A stretch of 64,000 nt of DNA from Candidatus Thorarchaeota archaeon (GTDB lineage: Archaea; Asgardarchaeota; Thorarchaeia; Thorarchaeales; Thorarchaeaceae): contig JAWAQK010000005.1 in the NCBI GenBank assembly GCA_038893995.1, forward strand, positions 1 to 64,000, read 5' to 3'. Under the pieces are notes generated by a model. The model ran no database searches. It had not been told where the DNA came from and worked only from the letters and a program-made list of their open reading frames with translations. This document shows, piece after piece, positions 21,567 to 31,397 of the stretch (positions are counted from its first letter, which is position 1; every line of letters starts with the position of its first letter). The position numbers and the translations under genes are program-made.

Positions 21567-21785
21567 CAGTCAGTCATTGCGTCTGATTACGCACAGTCGA
21601 TACAGTGGGCGCTGATGGTTCAAGAGAGCCTCTTCGTAGCGTATCCCACCTGGACTCATGGAGCCTTGTACTGGTGAGTTTCGATCGTTCTGGGTTTCCG
21701 CGGGGGAAAACCAGCACATTGCACTGGTCCGACCTCACGGAGCATTCCTATTGCCTCCCAGATACACGAGAATGAGTCAATGTGG

Positions 21786-21920
21786 TGGGCCCGGCCGGAT
21801 TTGAACCGGCGACCTCCGCCTGTCAGCGCCCACCGCGAAAGTACCGTGGACCTATCAGAGCGGCGCAATAATTGACCTGCCCGTATCTTTGCACGGGCCT
21901 CCAGTCTATGCAACGAGCCC
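21786..21920 (-). tRNA. tRNA-Ile(GAT) with two introns (D-loop 21872-21900; 37/38 21822-21852), CCA encoded
   Basis: GGGCTCG/CGGGCCC acceptor, GCCGG-TTCAAAT-CCGGC; removing both inserts gives CCGCT-CTGATAA-GGCGG. Confidence 0.85.
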
Positions 21921-21958
21921 CGCTATGCTACGGGTAGCCCGCGTATAGAATAAAAAGA

Positions 21959-22858
21959 TTATGACCCACTCTTGTCGAGAGCTCTCGGACATCTCTCGCG
22001 CACTACCTCTAATGACCTGACAGTCTCCTCGTTGGTGAGCTCGAATATCACGGGTCCTCGGAATCCGCTATGCACAAGCTCGCACAAGAACTCCTCCACT
22101 CGTAGGTCTCCCGTTCCCAGAGTCTTGTGGTCCTCGGGCACGGACACTCCATTGACGCATCTGAACCGTCCGTCATGTAGATGGATCTCCACTATCCTGT
22201 CATGGTGTTGTCTGTAGAACTCGATCGGGTCCTCTTTGCCTGAATAGCGGGCAAGTAGATGCCCCGTATCGAAACAGATGCCGGTATCGCACTCGTCTAC
22301 AACATCTCGTGTGAACTGGAATGGGAACTCAACATTCTCGATCGCCAACTTCCGTGGTCTGATGTTGGTCCTTTCGAGGATCTCCGTCACGCTTCTTATC
22401 GAGATTGAGGCCATTAGCTGACATATCAGATCTCGAACGCTCTGCTTGACCCTCAGCCTTGAGAACTCAGCGCCCAGGGGTCCAGTTGAGTGTAACACGT
22501 AGACCTCAGGATCCAATCTCTCGATGGCCATGATCGAATCTACAATACATTCAACACTTGCTCTCCGGATGTGTTCGTTGAAGCTTGCTGGCTCTAGCGA
22601 CCAGAGTGGTAAGTGTACAGTGTAGCCTATACCTACTTCATCACGGAGATCAATCAGATTGTCTATGACACTGTCAGGGATAGATCCCGGTATTATGTGA
22701 CGAATGTCCAGTGTGAGTTCTACTACGGTAATGTATTCAATTGCAGCTGCTCTTCTTATTGCCTCAATGATATTGAAACGAGAGAAGTCGGGGAATCCAT
22801 CGACTATCACCTGCTTGGCAGTCGTCTCGAACTCCAGTGCCGTGATCCCAAATCTCAT
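21959..22858 (-). CDS. Xylose-isomerase-like TIM barrel (AP endonuclease 2 family; possibly CbiR-like)
   Basis: YTVHLP, VLH, IEN, DTGH, HLHDG, DH and FE metal ligands. Confidence 0.75.
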   Translation of the reverse strand: MRFGITALEFETTAKQVIVDGFPDFSRFNIIEAIRRAAAIEYITVVELTLDIRHIIPGSIPDSVIDNLIDLRDEVGIGYTVHLPLWSLEPASFNEHIRRASVECIVDSIMAIERLDPEVYVLHSTGPLGAEFSRLRVKQSVRDLICQLMASISIRSVTEILERTNIRPRKLAIENVEFPFQFTRDVVDECDTGICFDTGHLLARYSGKEDPIEFYRQHHDRIVEIHLHDGRFRCVNGVSVPEDHKTLGTGDLRVEEFLCELVHSGFRGPVIFELTNEETVRSLEVVRERCPRALDKSGS

Positions 22859-23048
22859 GATGAGCGAACCGCATCCAGCAGACGCTTGGTATGATTATCA
22901 ATCTTACTCGATAGACCTACTTCCTGATGTTGTCAGGTTTGCTCCCACCAACTCCATCCCGACGCTATCTACTCGCTTCCACTGAATAGCATTGTCTGAT
23001 GGAATGGATTATTAGTGCTTTGTCCCAGTCGCATCCCGGCGACTGAAC

Positions 23049-23870
23049 TTGAGATCACACCACAGACACTTCGCGCTACAGTATCTCCGGGATGAGGTAC
23101 TTCCCACTCCCTTCTGCCCAGGTTGCGGAAATGGAATAGTCATCAACTCCTTTCTGAAGGCTATCAAGGACATGGGTCACGAAGATCTGAGCGGATTCGC
23201 ATTTGTTTCAGGCATAGGCTGTGGATCTTGGATCCCCTCCCCTCACTTCAAGGCAGACTCATTACATACAACACATGGCCGTGCACTTGCCTTTGCTACG
23301 GGTCTCAAGATAGCAAGACCTGAACTGAAGGTAGTGGTGATCAGCGGCGACGGTGATCTCGCCGCAATTGGTGGAAACCACCTCATCCACGCAGCGCGAA
23401 GGAACATTGATCTCACGGTGATCTGCGTAAACAACTACCTCTATGGTATGACCGGAGGGCAGGTAGGTCCGACTACATTTACAGGTGATGTGACTACAAC
23501 GACGCCGTACGGCAATCCAGAACGTCCATTCGACCTGTCACGATTGGTCGCAGCAGCTGGTGCAAGCTATGTGGCCCGATGGACGACCGCCCATCCGATC
23601 CAGGCCACCCGTGCTATACGAAGGGCGCTTGAGAAGAAGGGATTTACATTTGTTGAAATGATCAGTCAGTGTCCCACATCCTATGGACGGAGAATGCAGA
23701 TCGGTGGGGGCGTAGAGATGATCAAGTGGTTCCGAAGGCTTCCGGTGAGGAAAAGGGATGATCCGATCCACCCAACGACCCCGACGAGGGATGGAATTGA
23801 CCTCGGTGAATTCGTCGACACGGACGCGACAGAATTTGTCGATAATCTGAGCAAGATGATCCGGAAGTGA
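23049..23870 (+). CDS. korB: 2-oxoacid:ferredoxin oxidoreductase beta subunit
   Basis: FCPGCG, SGIGC, HTTHGRA, GDGD...NN, YGMTGGQ. Confidence 0.93.
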   Translation: MRSHHRHFALQYLRDEVLPTPFCPGCGNGIVINSFLKAIKDMGHEDLSGFAFVSGIGCGSWIPSPHFKADSLHTTHGRALAFATGLKIARPELKVVVISGDGDLAAIGGNHLIHAARRNIDLTVICVNNYLYGMTGGQVGPTTFTGDVTTTTPYGNPERPFDLSRLVAAAGASYVARWTTAHPIQATRAIRRALEKKGFTFVEMISQCPTSYGRRMQIGGGVEMIKWFRRLPVRKRDDPIHPTTPTRDGIDLGEFVDTDATEFVDNLSKMIRK

Positions 23871-23881
23871 GGTGTTCGTTG

Positions 23882-24409
23882 ATGAGGAAGGAGATCCGCA
23901 TTGCTGGTTCAGGAGGGATGGGCGTCGTCCTCGCCGGAGTTGTGCTGGGTCACGCAGCAGTCGTCTATGCAGGGCTTAATGCAGTTCAAACACAGGCATA
24001 CGGTTCCGAGGCCAGAGGCACAGATGCCAAGAGCGAAGTGATCATCAGCGACGCACCGATCCTGTACCCGAAGGTGATCAAGTCAGACTACGCTGTACTC
24101 ATGTCTCAGAAAGCATTTGACACAAATGTGTCCGATGCCAAAGAAGGTAGCGTAATCCTGGTAGACCCAGACCTTGTGGATTGCCGGGGTTATGATAGCC
24201 GTTTCGAGATCCTCAGGGTGCCCGCCATCGTATTGGCAGACAGGATTGGGAACAGAATGGCGGCGAACATGGTCATGCTGGGAGCGTTGGTGGCAAGGTC
24301 CCGCGTATTCTCAATCGAGGTCCTTGAAAGGTCAATAACACAGCTGGTCCCATCTAAGAGTGTCGCTTCGAGTATTCAGGCGGCCCGTCTTGGATCGACT
24401 CAAATCTAG
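23882..24409 (+). CDS. korC: 2-oxoacid:ferredoxin oxidoreductase gamma subunit
   Basis: IAGSGGMG, YGSEARG, ANMVMLG. Confidence 0.92.
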   Translation: MRKEIRIAGSGGMGVVLAGVVLGHAAVVYAGLNAVQTQAYGSEARGTDAKSEVIISDAPILYPKVIKSDYAVLMSQKAFDTNVSDAKEGSVILVDPDLVDCRGYDSRFEILRVPAIVLADRIGNRMAANMVMLGALVARSRVFSIEVLERSITQLVPSKSVASSIQAARLGSTQI

Positions 24410-24684
24410 CCCCCATGAACAAGCGGAACTATGTCTATTCTATCCTTCTCTTCAAGCTTTGCGGATAGTCCTCCAGCGAGTGCGATATCCACGTTGTTTT
24501 TCATCACTAGTGCATTACGCTCTATGGTTTCAACACTATTCCAGGTGGTATTGAGGTCAGGATTATCCTTCAGCAGCTGCCTCAGGAGGTCCCCAAGAGT
24601 AGCTCCCTCGGCCATCTCCATATCAATACATTCGCCCTGGCCTCGGAGAGCGCTGATTCCCCGAAGAACGACTCTCACTATCAA
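24406..24684 (-). CDS. Ubiquitin-like MoaD/SAMP/Urm1-type protein
   Basis: Beta-grasp size and pattern; C-terminus PLVHGG. Confidence 0.88.
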   Translation of the reverse strand: MIVRVVLRGISALRGQGECIDMEMAEGATLGDLLRQLLKDNPDLNTTWNSVETIERNALVMKNNVDIALAGGLSAKLEEKDRIDIVPLVHGG

Positions 24685-24687
24685 GTT

Positions 24688-25692
24688 TCATGGCATCCTC
24701 CGACGTTTCAAATCATTTGATCTGGAAAGTTGAGTGAACAGATTTCTAAGTCCGTTCTCATTCACTTCTCCAGCACGAAAGACGGTCCTAGTGTGTATGT
24801 CAGTGACTGTCAGTTCAGCAGGCTTCGGGGGCCTGCTCTCCCGGAGACAGAGTATGGGATGCGATGTCTTGCGAACTTTTTCTGACTCCTCTCCATCATA
24901 CCTACAGCCATCTGACTCATAGGCCCTCATGAGATCTGCTAGGTCGGCTGTGCCGTCGGTTCTTAGACTCAGGTATGTCCTGCCACCAAGACAGACACAC
25001 TTCGCCGCTAGAGACCTCGCCTCCGAATCACTATTTGGAACCGGTGCTATTACCGACACCCCGTGTGCAGCACGAATCTGCTCGGGTTGAATTCCGAGTC
25101 CAGACATTGTCCGAATGCCAAACTCGACTACTCTGGTTGCGTTCATCAAGGCACCTGCAGCACTGGCTGAAGGTACAACTGCACAGAAGAGGTTGGACGG
25201 TGAGATCCCACATAGGCTGGCGATTTCGCTGGTGATGGTCGCAGTGGGTGTGTCACGAGTGTCAAGTGCTACCATCCCCAGCTCCGACTCCTCGTGATGT
25301 TCGATCCTCGAGTAGACATCAGTTTCGACATTGGCGAGTGCTCGTGCTGGTCCTGATGCTATCGCTGTGAACCCGCCAATCTTCAGTTGCCAAGAAGCCA
25401 TCTGCGAACCGAGTGTTGCAGTGCTCGGTCTGTTGACTCCAACAACAACTGCAGGGAACCGCATTCCTGCCAAGCATGTGTGTGAGCTTCTGACGACACC
25501 AAGACCCCCCATACATGCTTCTGCTATCAGTCTGCCTGCCTCTTCACACCCTGGACTATTCAGACCTGCGTCGACTACGGTGCATCCATTCTCTATGATT
25601 CTGACATCACACTGTAGGTCATCTGCAATGTCGATTAATCTATTCACCATGTCGACAGCATTTGCGTTTAGACTCAGTGACATCGAGTTCAC
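24688..25692 (-). CDS. mch: Methenyl-H4MPT cyclohydrolase (Mch) homolog, divergent C-terminal half
   Basis: ENGCTVVDAG, CMGGLG, SGPARAL, RVVE, AGEVN. Confidence 0.8.
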   Translation of the reverse strand: MNSMSLSLNANAVDMVNRLIDIADDLQCDVRIIENGCTVVDAGLNSPGCEEAGRLIAEACMGGLGVVRSSHTCLAGMRFPAVVVGVNRPSTATLGSQMASWQLKIGGFTAIASGPARALANVETDVYSRIEHHEESELGMVALDTRDTPTATITSEIASLCGISPSNLFCAVVPSASAAGALMNATRVVEFGIRTMSGLGIQPEQIRAAHGVSVIAPVPNSDSEARSLAAKCVCLGGRTYLSLRTDGTADLADLMRAYESDGCRYDGEESEKVRKTSHPILCLRESRPPKPAELTVTDIHTRTVFRAGEVNENGLRNLFTQLSRSNDLKRRRMP

Positions 25693-26011
25693 TTGCCTGC
25701 CTTAGCAGCCCTGGGTGCCGATGTCTGAACCCTGCCGCTCCAACTCCTAGCGGGCTCAGCTGGACCAGCGACCACATGTCTTGTGTTCTTTCCACTTGTC
25801 CTGGTTCAAAGTCTTTCCGATGTACCCAACTCGGTCGACCAATCTCTGCAGCAGTTTCGAAGTTGGGTGCAGTACCATTCTTCAGCAAAGCAGTCTCCTC
25901 TCCAGGCCTGTGGGCCGTTTCTAGACATCCGGAAGACTGAATACCTCTTTATTGACAACACTGCACTCCGTCCTCAGGATCTGAGGTGCTGGGCAGTCCG
26001 ATAGATGAAGG

Positions 26012-28342
26012 TTGAGAGTATTGCACCACGAAGGTTCGCTTGAGGTAGACACGGATGTGGGCCGGGTAAGAGTTTCCGTATTGGACCCCCGAATTGCAAG
26101 AATCCAGATATCTCGCGACAACTATCCTGTCTATGAATCATTCTCCCGGATTCCCTACGGAGTAGAATTCGAGATATCCCGATCTCTTCATGAGAACAGA
26201 TGGTTTCTCAGGACGAGTGAGTTTGAGATAGCTGTCTCTCTTGGCAAGTTTGACATTGAACTGACTGATCCCACCGGACGTCTGATACTCAAGACTCTAC
26301 CCGATAATGGTTTCATCTGGATCGATCAGGGATTTGAATGCAGGATGGCCCTGTCCGGAGAAGAACACTTCTATGGTCTGGGTGAGAAGACCGGTCCACT
26401 GGACAAGCGTGGTCGCAGATATGAGATGTGGAACACTGACTCTCCTGGCTACGGGCTTGACAGTGACCCGCTATATCAGAGTGTCCCGTTCCTTCTAGTA
26501 CTGAATCAGTCTGCGGCATATGGCATCTTCTTGGACAATACTCATCGAACATTCTTCGACCTTGGGAAGAGTTCTGCAGATTACTACTCCTTTGGCTCCA
26601 CCGGTGCGCCTGTGGACTACTACATCATTGTCGGGCCCCGTGTTTCAGATGTGATTGATGGTTATACTCGCATTACCGGGCGACCACACTTCATTCCTCG
26701 CTGGGCCCTCGGATACCAACAGTCTAGGTTCATGGAGATCAAGAGCGAGGATGACATTCTGTCGATTGCTTCTCAACTCCGAAGCAGGGGCATTCCCTGC
26801 GACACGATTGTCCTCGACATTGGCTACATGGATGAGTTTCGGATATTCACTTGGAATCGACAAGTCTTCCCAGTGCCATCTGATTTCACATCGAGATTGA
26901 CCCAGATGGGTTTCCGTGTGATGGCCATACTCGATCCAGGTGTAAAGCTCGAGAACGGGTTTGGTCTGTATGAGGAGGGTGAGTCCAGGGGCATGTTTCT
27001 GAAGAACAGCGACGGTTCCACGTATGTTGGGCTTGTCTGGCCCGGGGAAACCGTCTTCCCCGATTTCTCACGACCTGAAGTCCGGGAATGGTTCAGTCTA
27101 CATTTTGATTTCTTTCCCCGGAGCGGTCTCAGCTGCAGCGCCTGGATAGACATGAACGAGCCTAGCAACTGTATCTACGAGGGGCTGAGAGAGGAGTACT
27201 CCATGAAGAACGTCGTCGATGTGGAGGGCAGACCTTGGGAGGAACGACTGAGGAATGTCTACGGACTTGGAATGGCAGAGGCTACCTTTCAGGGGCTGAA
27301 GCATTTCTACCCCGGCAAGAGACCATTCATCCTCACTCGTTCAGGATTCGCCGGCTATCAGAGGTTTGCTGCAACATGGACCGGTGACAACTGTTCCACA
27401 TGGGAGCATCTGGCGCTGTCGATACCAATGCTTCTCGGTCTGGGGCTTTCGGGAGTTTCCTTCTGCGGGGCCGATGTCGGGGGGTTCATGGGTGACTGCA
27501 CTCCCGAACTGCTGGCAAGATGGTACCAGTTGGGGGCGTTCTATCCCTTTTTCAGGAATCACACGAACATGAATACCGCAAGGCAGGAACCATGGGTCTT
27601 TGGTGAGGAGATAGAGCAGATCTCACGTGAGGCTGTCTGTCTTCGCTATCAGCTGTTACGATATCTGTACTCGCTATCAAGGGAAGCAAGCACCAGTGGC
27701 ATTCCTGTGATGCGGCCGGTCTTTCTTCATTTCCAGGAGGACGAACAGACTCATACACTTGATGATGAGTTCATGGTGGGTCCCTTCCTGCTGGTTGCCC
27801 CTGTCTTGAAGGAGGGCGTCAGACATAGGGATGTTTACCTACCTGCAGGATCATGGTTCGACTATTGGACCGATCTGATGCTTTCCGGACCAGGACGATA
27901 CACTGTTGACGCCCCCCTGTCTAGGATTCCGATCTTCGTGCGAGGCGGAGCGGTTCTGACGGTGGGAGATGTGGTCCAGACTGCCGATGAGTCTCAGGGT
28001 AATTTGACCCTCCTGATCTATCCTCATGGAGATGGTGACCATGTTCTATTCGAGGACGACGGCATTTCTGATGGTGGGCCCTTCGCGACCACACGTTTCC
28101 AGGTCCACTCTGGTAATGGCTGGCTGGACCTGATGGTAGAGTCAAGACAGGGTTCCTACCCTATTCCGGACCGGCAACTATCGATAGAGTTTAGGGGCAT
28201 CAACGGTGATCCTGTGAGTCTTGAGTATGACGATGAAGAACGACTCCATCACCTGGTCCGACTGTCGGAGACCCGGTTCAGATTCACAGTCAAGGATGAC
28301 GGGCATGACCATGTGCTTCATTTCAAATGGACCCGACCATGA
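26012..28342 (+). CDS. GH31 alpha-glucosidase
   Basis: YGLGE, PRWALGYQQSR, WIDMNEP, WTGDN, PFFRNH. Confidence 0.95.
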   Translation: MRVLHHEGSLEVDTDVGRVRVSVLDPRIARIQISRDNYPVYESFSRIPYGVEFEISRSLHENRWFLRTSEFEIAVSLGKFDIELTDPTGRLILKTLPDNGFIWIDQGFECRMALSGEEHFYGLGEKTGPLDKRGRRYEMWNTDSPGYGLDSDPLYQSVPFLLVLNQSAAYGIFLDNTHRTFFDLGKSSADYYSFGSTGAPVDYYIIVGPRVSDVIDGYTRITGRPHFIPRWALGYQQSRFMEIKSEDDILSIASQLRSRGIPCDTIVLDIGYMDEFRIFTWNRQVFPVPSDFTSRLTQMGFRVMAILDPGVKLENGFGLYEEGESRGMFLKNSDGSTYVGLVWPGETVFPDFSRPEVREWFSLHFDFFPRSGLSCSAWIDMNEPSNCIYEGLREEYSMKNVVDVEGRPWEERLRNVYGLGMAEATFQGLKHFYPGKRPFILTRSGFAGYQRFAATWTGDNCSTWEHLALSIPMLLGLGLSGVSFCGADVGGFMGDCTPELLARWYQLGAFYPFFRNHTNMNTARQEPWVFGEEIEQISREAVCLRYQLLRYLYSLSREASTSGIPVMRPVFLHFQEDEQTHTLDDEFMVGPFLLVAPVLKEGVRHRDVYLPAGSWFDYWTDLMLSGPGRYTVDAPLSRIPIFVRGGAVLTVGDVVQTADESQGNLTLLIYPHGDGDHVLFEDDGISDGGPFATTRFQVHSGNGWLDLMVESRQGSYPIPDRQLSIEFRGINGDPVSLEYDDEERLHHLVRLSETRFRFTVKDDGHDHVLHFKWTRP

Positions 28343-28387
28343 TTGTCCAATACTCTTAAATCTCATCCCTTAAAGAAAAGCCTCGAA

Positions 28388-28490
28388 GGGTCGGTGGTCT
28401 AGCTTGGCATGATTCTTGGTTTGGGTATCAATGACGCTCGTCATTGATCGAAACTCCAAGAGGTCACCGGTTCAAATCCGGTCCGGCCCA
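28388..28490 (+). tRNA. tRNA-Pro(TGG) with canonical intron 28426-28454, CCA encoded
   Basis: CTTGG-TTTGGG^...^T-CCAAG; clear BHB (TTTG/CGAA; ATCAATGAC/GTCATTGAT). Confidence 0.96.
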
Positions 28491-28663
28491 CCAACCTCTT
28501 CTTGGCCTGTATACTGTTCTACTGAACGCACTCGTTCCGTACGCTACCCCTAATGACTGCTGGTCTATAGTGCCGCATCTGCGTCAGATTGCAATTTACC
28601 AACGTGAAAGCATATATGATAGTCCCACCAGTTCCGGCCGTACCGGATGGCGGTGTGAAGGCG

Positions 28664-29074
28664 ATGCCCCCTAAGGACATGAATATCATCGTGTTCGGCT
28701 GCATGCAATGCATGTATGCAGCTGCAGATCTTGCTGGCACAATGAAGTACCAGTATGACGTTTCTAGCCGGATCATCAGAATGCCCTGCACTGCCCGATT
28801 GGACATCAGTTTCATCCTGAAGGCGCTGCAGGAAGGTGCAGATGGAGTCCTTGTTATCGGATGTCATCCCGGTGACTGCGCCTACAAGACGGGGAACCTT
28901 GGAGCAGAGCGACGTGTGCGATTTGCCAGAAGACTGATCTCCCAGTTGGGAATCAATGAAAATCGTGTCAAGATGGTCTTTGTCAGTGCAGCAGAGGGCG
29001 ACAAGCTTGCCCATGAGATAAACGTATTTGCAGAGGAGATTCGACGAATCGGGCCCAATCCTCTTCGGCTATGA
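28664..29074 (+). CDS. mvhD: MvhD/FlpD [2Fe-2S] hydrogenase delta subunit (all-Cys form)
   Basis: CMQCMYAAADLAG, PCTAR, GADGV..GCHPGDC, SAAEG. Confidence 0.93.
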   Translation: MPPKDMNIIVFGCMQCMYAAADLAGTMKYQYDVSSRIIRMPCTARLDISFILKALQEGADGVLVIGCHPGDCAYKTGNLGAERRVRFARRLISQLGINENRVKMVFVSAAEGDKLAHEINVFAEEIRRIGPNPLRL

Positions 29075-29289
29075 TTGAACCCTCTTGTTTAGTCGATCCG
29101 CCGACACTCTGCGGGTGGTGTCTACGACCTAATCGGGCGTCTAGAACATTTGAATTCACGAAGTCGAAGATGTCCTAGTCGTCCTAGGGGCATTGGTCAT
29201 ATTACCTGTGTTATCCATCAGTGCCACAACAGAAACTCATATGCCCCACAGAACAAAAGAGTCATGAGATTGTTTAGTATGTCGAGGGG

Positions 29290-30138
29290 GTGGGTTTGGT
29301 GAAGGACGAACGCAAGGCCACAAGGGAGCGGATACACCCAAGAACAACATTGAGAGATAGGGTCCGCGCAGGATTGATGGGCAGTGGGTTATGCCTCACA
29401 GCATTTGACGAGTTAGAAAACGACATCGAAGTCCAGACGATCCTTGAGGACACCAACCGAATGGCCATTGATAGGCTCGGGTACTCAGATCATGGACATG
29501 TTCATTCACTAATAGTAGTCAAGAATGCAATGGAACTTTTCGATCTCCTGACAACATCACTCGAGCCAACGATCGTCAAGGAGGGCACTGGAACCCTGGA
29601 GGATGCCCGCCTGATAGTCTTGTTGGCCGGTTATCTGCATGACATAGGCATGAGCGTTCATAGAGAGGGACACAATCAATACTCGGTAACACTTGCATGT
29701 CCCATTATTGACAGAATACTCACAAAGGTCTATCCTGACGACCGACATAAACAAGTCCACATTCGTGGACACATACTTCATGCGATACTGTGTCACGATA
29801 AGGCAACTCGGCCCAGTACTGTCGAGGCCGGAATCGTTGGCATCTCAGATGCCTTGGACATGACATCAGGCCGTGCCAGGATTCCGTTCAAGGCAGGAAG
29901 CATAAACATTCATTCAGCCTCTGCTATGGCGATAGAAGAGGTCAAGATCTCCAGAGGGCTGGAGCGTGCCGTCCGAATCGAGGTGTCAATGAGTAACGCA
30001 TCCGGGATATTTCAGATACAGGAACTTCTCGAGAAGAAGATCCGCAGCGCCTCTCTCATCACTGACCACATTGAGCTCTATGCTGTGATGACCCCAAAGG
30101 AATCGCGGATACTCGACAAGAGCATCCGCATTCTCTAA
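29290..30138 (+). CDS. HD-superfamily phosphohydrolase (COG3294-like)
   Basis: RLGYSDHGHVH, LHDIG, DALDMTSGRAR. Confidence 0.88.
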   Translation: MGLVKDERKATRERIHPRTTLRDRVRAGLMGSGLCLTAFDELENDIEVQTILEDTNRMAIDRLGYSDHGHVHSLIVVKNAMELFDLLTTSLEPTIVKEGTGTLEDARLIVLLAGYLHDIGMSVHREGHNQYSVTLACPIIDRILTKVYPDDRHKQVHIRGHILHAILCHDKATRPSTVEAGIVGISDALDMTSGRARIPFKAGSINIHSASAMAIEEVKISRGLERAVRIEVSMSNASGIFQIQELLEKKIRSASLITDHIELYAVMTPKESRILDKSIRIL

Positions 30139-30210
30139 GACTCAATCGTACTGGTTATATGTGTCCCGCAAGACTTGACATATCGCTCGGAACCCCAAGG
30201 GGGCCTCTGC

Positions 30211-30639
30211 ATGAAACTTGACGAAGTTGATGCGAGGATTCTGAAGATCCTGCGACAGGATGCCCGACGTCCCTACTCCGAGATAGCTCGAGAAGTGGGT
30301 AGAACAGAGGTCACAGTTCGGAGGAGAATCAGAAACCTTGTGAAGGAGGGCATCATCAAGAGATTCACGGTGGTCGTCGATCGAAAGAAGATTGGCATGA
30401 CAGTGTCTGCAATGGTCCGTGTCAAGACTGCAATGAGTGAGGCCACAGCGATTGCAGAGAGGGTGCGTGACTATGAGGAGGTGGATGAAGCCTGCTATCT
30501 TGACGGGCCCTGTGGCATCCTACTGCGAGTCACAGTTGGAAGTCTTAACGAGCTGCGCGAGTTCATAGAAAAGAAGCTGGGACAGATAGAAGAGGTCGAA
30601 ACATGCATTGTCCTCGATACCGTCAAGTCATCAGCATGA
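30211..30639 (+). CDS. Lrp/AsnC transcriptional regulator
   Basis: LDEVDARILKILRQDARRPYSEIA...GIIKRFT. Confidence 0.93.
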   Translation: MKLDEVDARILKILRQDARRPYSEIAREVGRTEVTVRRRIRNLVKEGIIKRFTVVVDRKKIGMTVSAMVRVKTAMSEATAIAERVRDYEEVDEACYLDGPCGILLRVTVGSLNELREFIEKKLGQIEEVETCIVLDTVKSSA

Positions 30640-30649
30640 TCGTAATTGT

Positions 30650-31072
30650 GTGCTGATATCTCAAGAGAATGTCGATCTACTGATTGAGCATGCAGAGGAC
30701 TGTCTTCCTTTCGAGGCGGTTGCGTTCCTCCTAGGGAGGTTCGGGAAGCACATAGAGGTTTCGAGAATCGTCATCATGACAAATCGGGCCAAGTCACCAA
30801 CAGAATTCAGCGTATCCCCAGAGGACGAGTATCGGGTGTTCTTGCAAGCAGAAGCAGCAGGCGATCTTGTTATCGGGATATTTCATTCACACCCTGCTCC
30901 TCCTGAACCATCTAGTGTAGACCTGGAGAACATGAAACTCAACAGGGTTGTATGGATGATTGCGTCGAAAGTTTCTGGCAAATGGGAGCTTAGCGCTTAT
31001 CTGATGTCGGACCATATTGCGAAACGGATCCCCCTTGTCATCTCCTCGGACTGCGCCGCAGCAGGCCCTTGA
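30650..31072 (+). CDS. JAB/MPN+ metalloprotease (desampylase-like)
   Basis: PFE...HSHP..PEPSSVD JAMM motif; start uncertain. Confidence 0.87.
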   Translation: MLISQENVDLLIEHAEDCLPFEAVAFLLGRFGKHIEVSRIVIMTNRAKSPTEFSVSPEDEYRVFLQAEAAGDLVIGIFHSHPAPPEPSSVDLENMKLNRVVWMIASKVSGKWELSAYLMSDHIAKRIPLVISSDCAAAGP

Positions 31073-31397
31073 TTGTTCCCGATGTACGTTTCGGGTCTAA
31101 GGAAACCTCACAACCATTGATCTCAGAAAGCGCACTCATCGCCGTCAATACATTGTCTACTACGGATGAATTGCACTGAATGATACACACCCCTGTCGAC
31201 TCATCATAGGAGTCAATGAAGAATCTAGACATTGCGACTGTCAGCTCACCATAAAGGCTGAGTATGCTCTGAATTATTGCGTTTCCTATCTTCTTCTCTG
31301 TTATCTGTGTCCCATCCGTATGGACCATGACGAGCACATGGCGCTTTCTATATGTTCTCACAGTCCGACCTCTCTCAACACTAGTCTTAGGCATCAC
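31038..31397 (-). CDS. rnp2: RNase P protein Pop5/Rpp14
   Basis: RKRHV, LYGE and TSGTIKGL; adjacent to rpp30. Confidence 0.88.
   Translation of the reverse strand: MMPKTSVERGRTVRTYRKRHVLVMVHTDGTQITEKKIGNAIIQSILSLYGELTVAMSRFFIDSYDESTGVCIIQCNSSVVDNVLTAMSALSEINGCEVSLDPKRTSGTIKGLLRRSPRR

Noticed and set aside
21786-21920. Alternative reading as tRNA-Val(GAC) using CTGACA
   Set aside because: No splice choice gives a 7-nt loop with GAC centred; the canonical 37/38 cut gives GAT.
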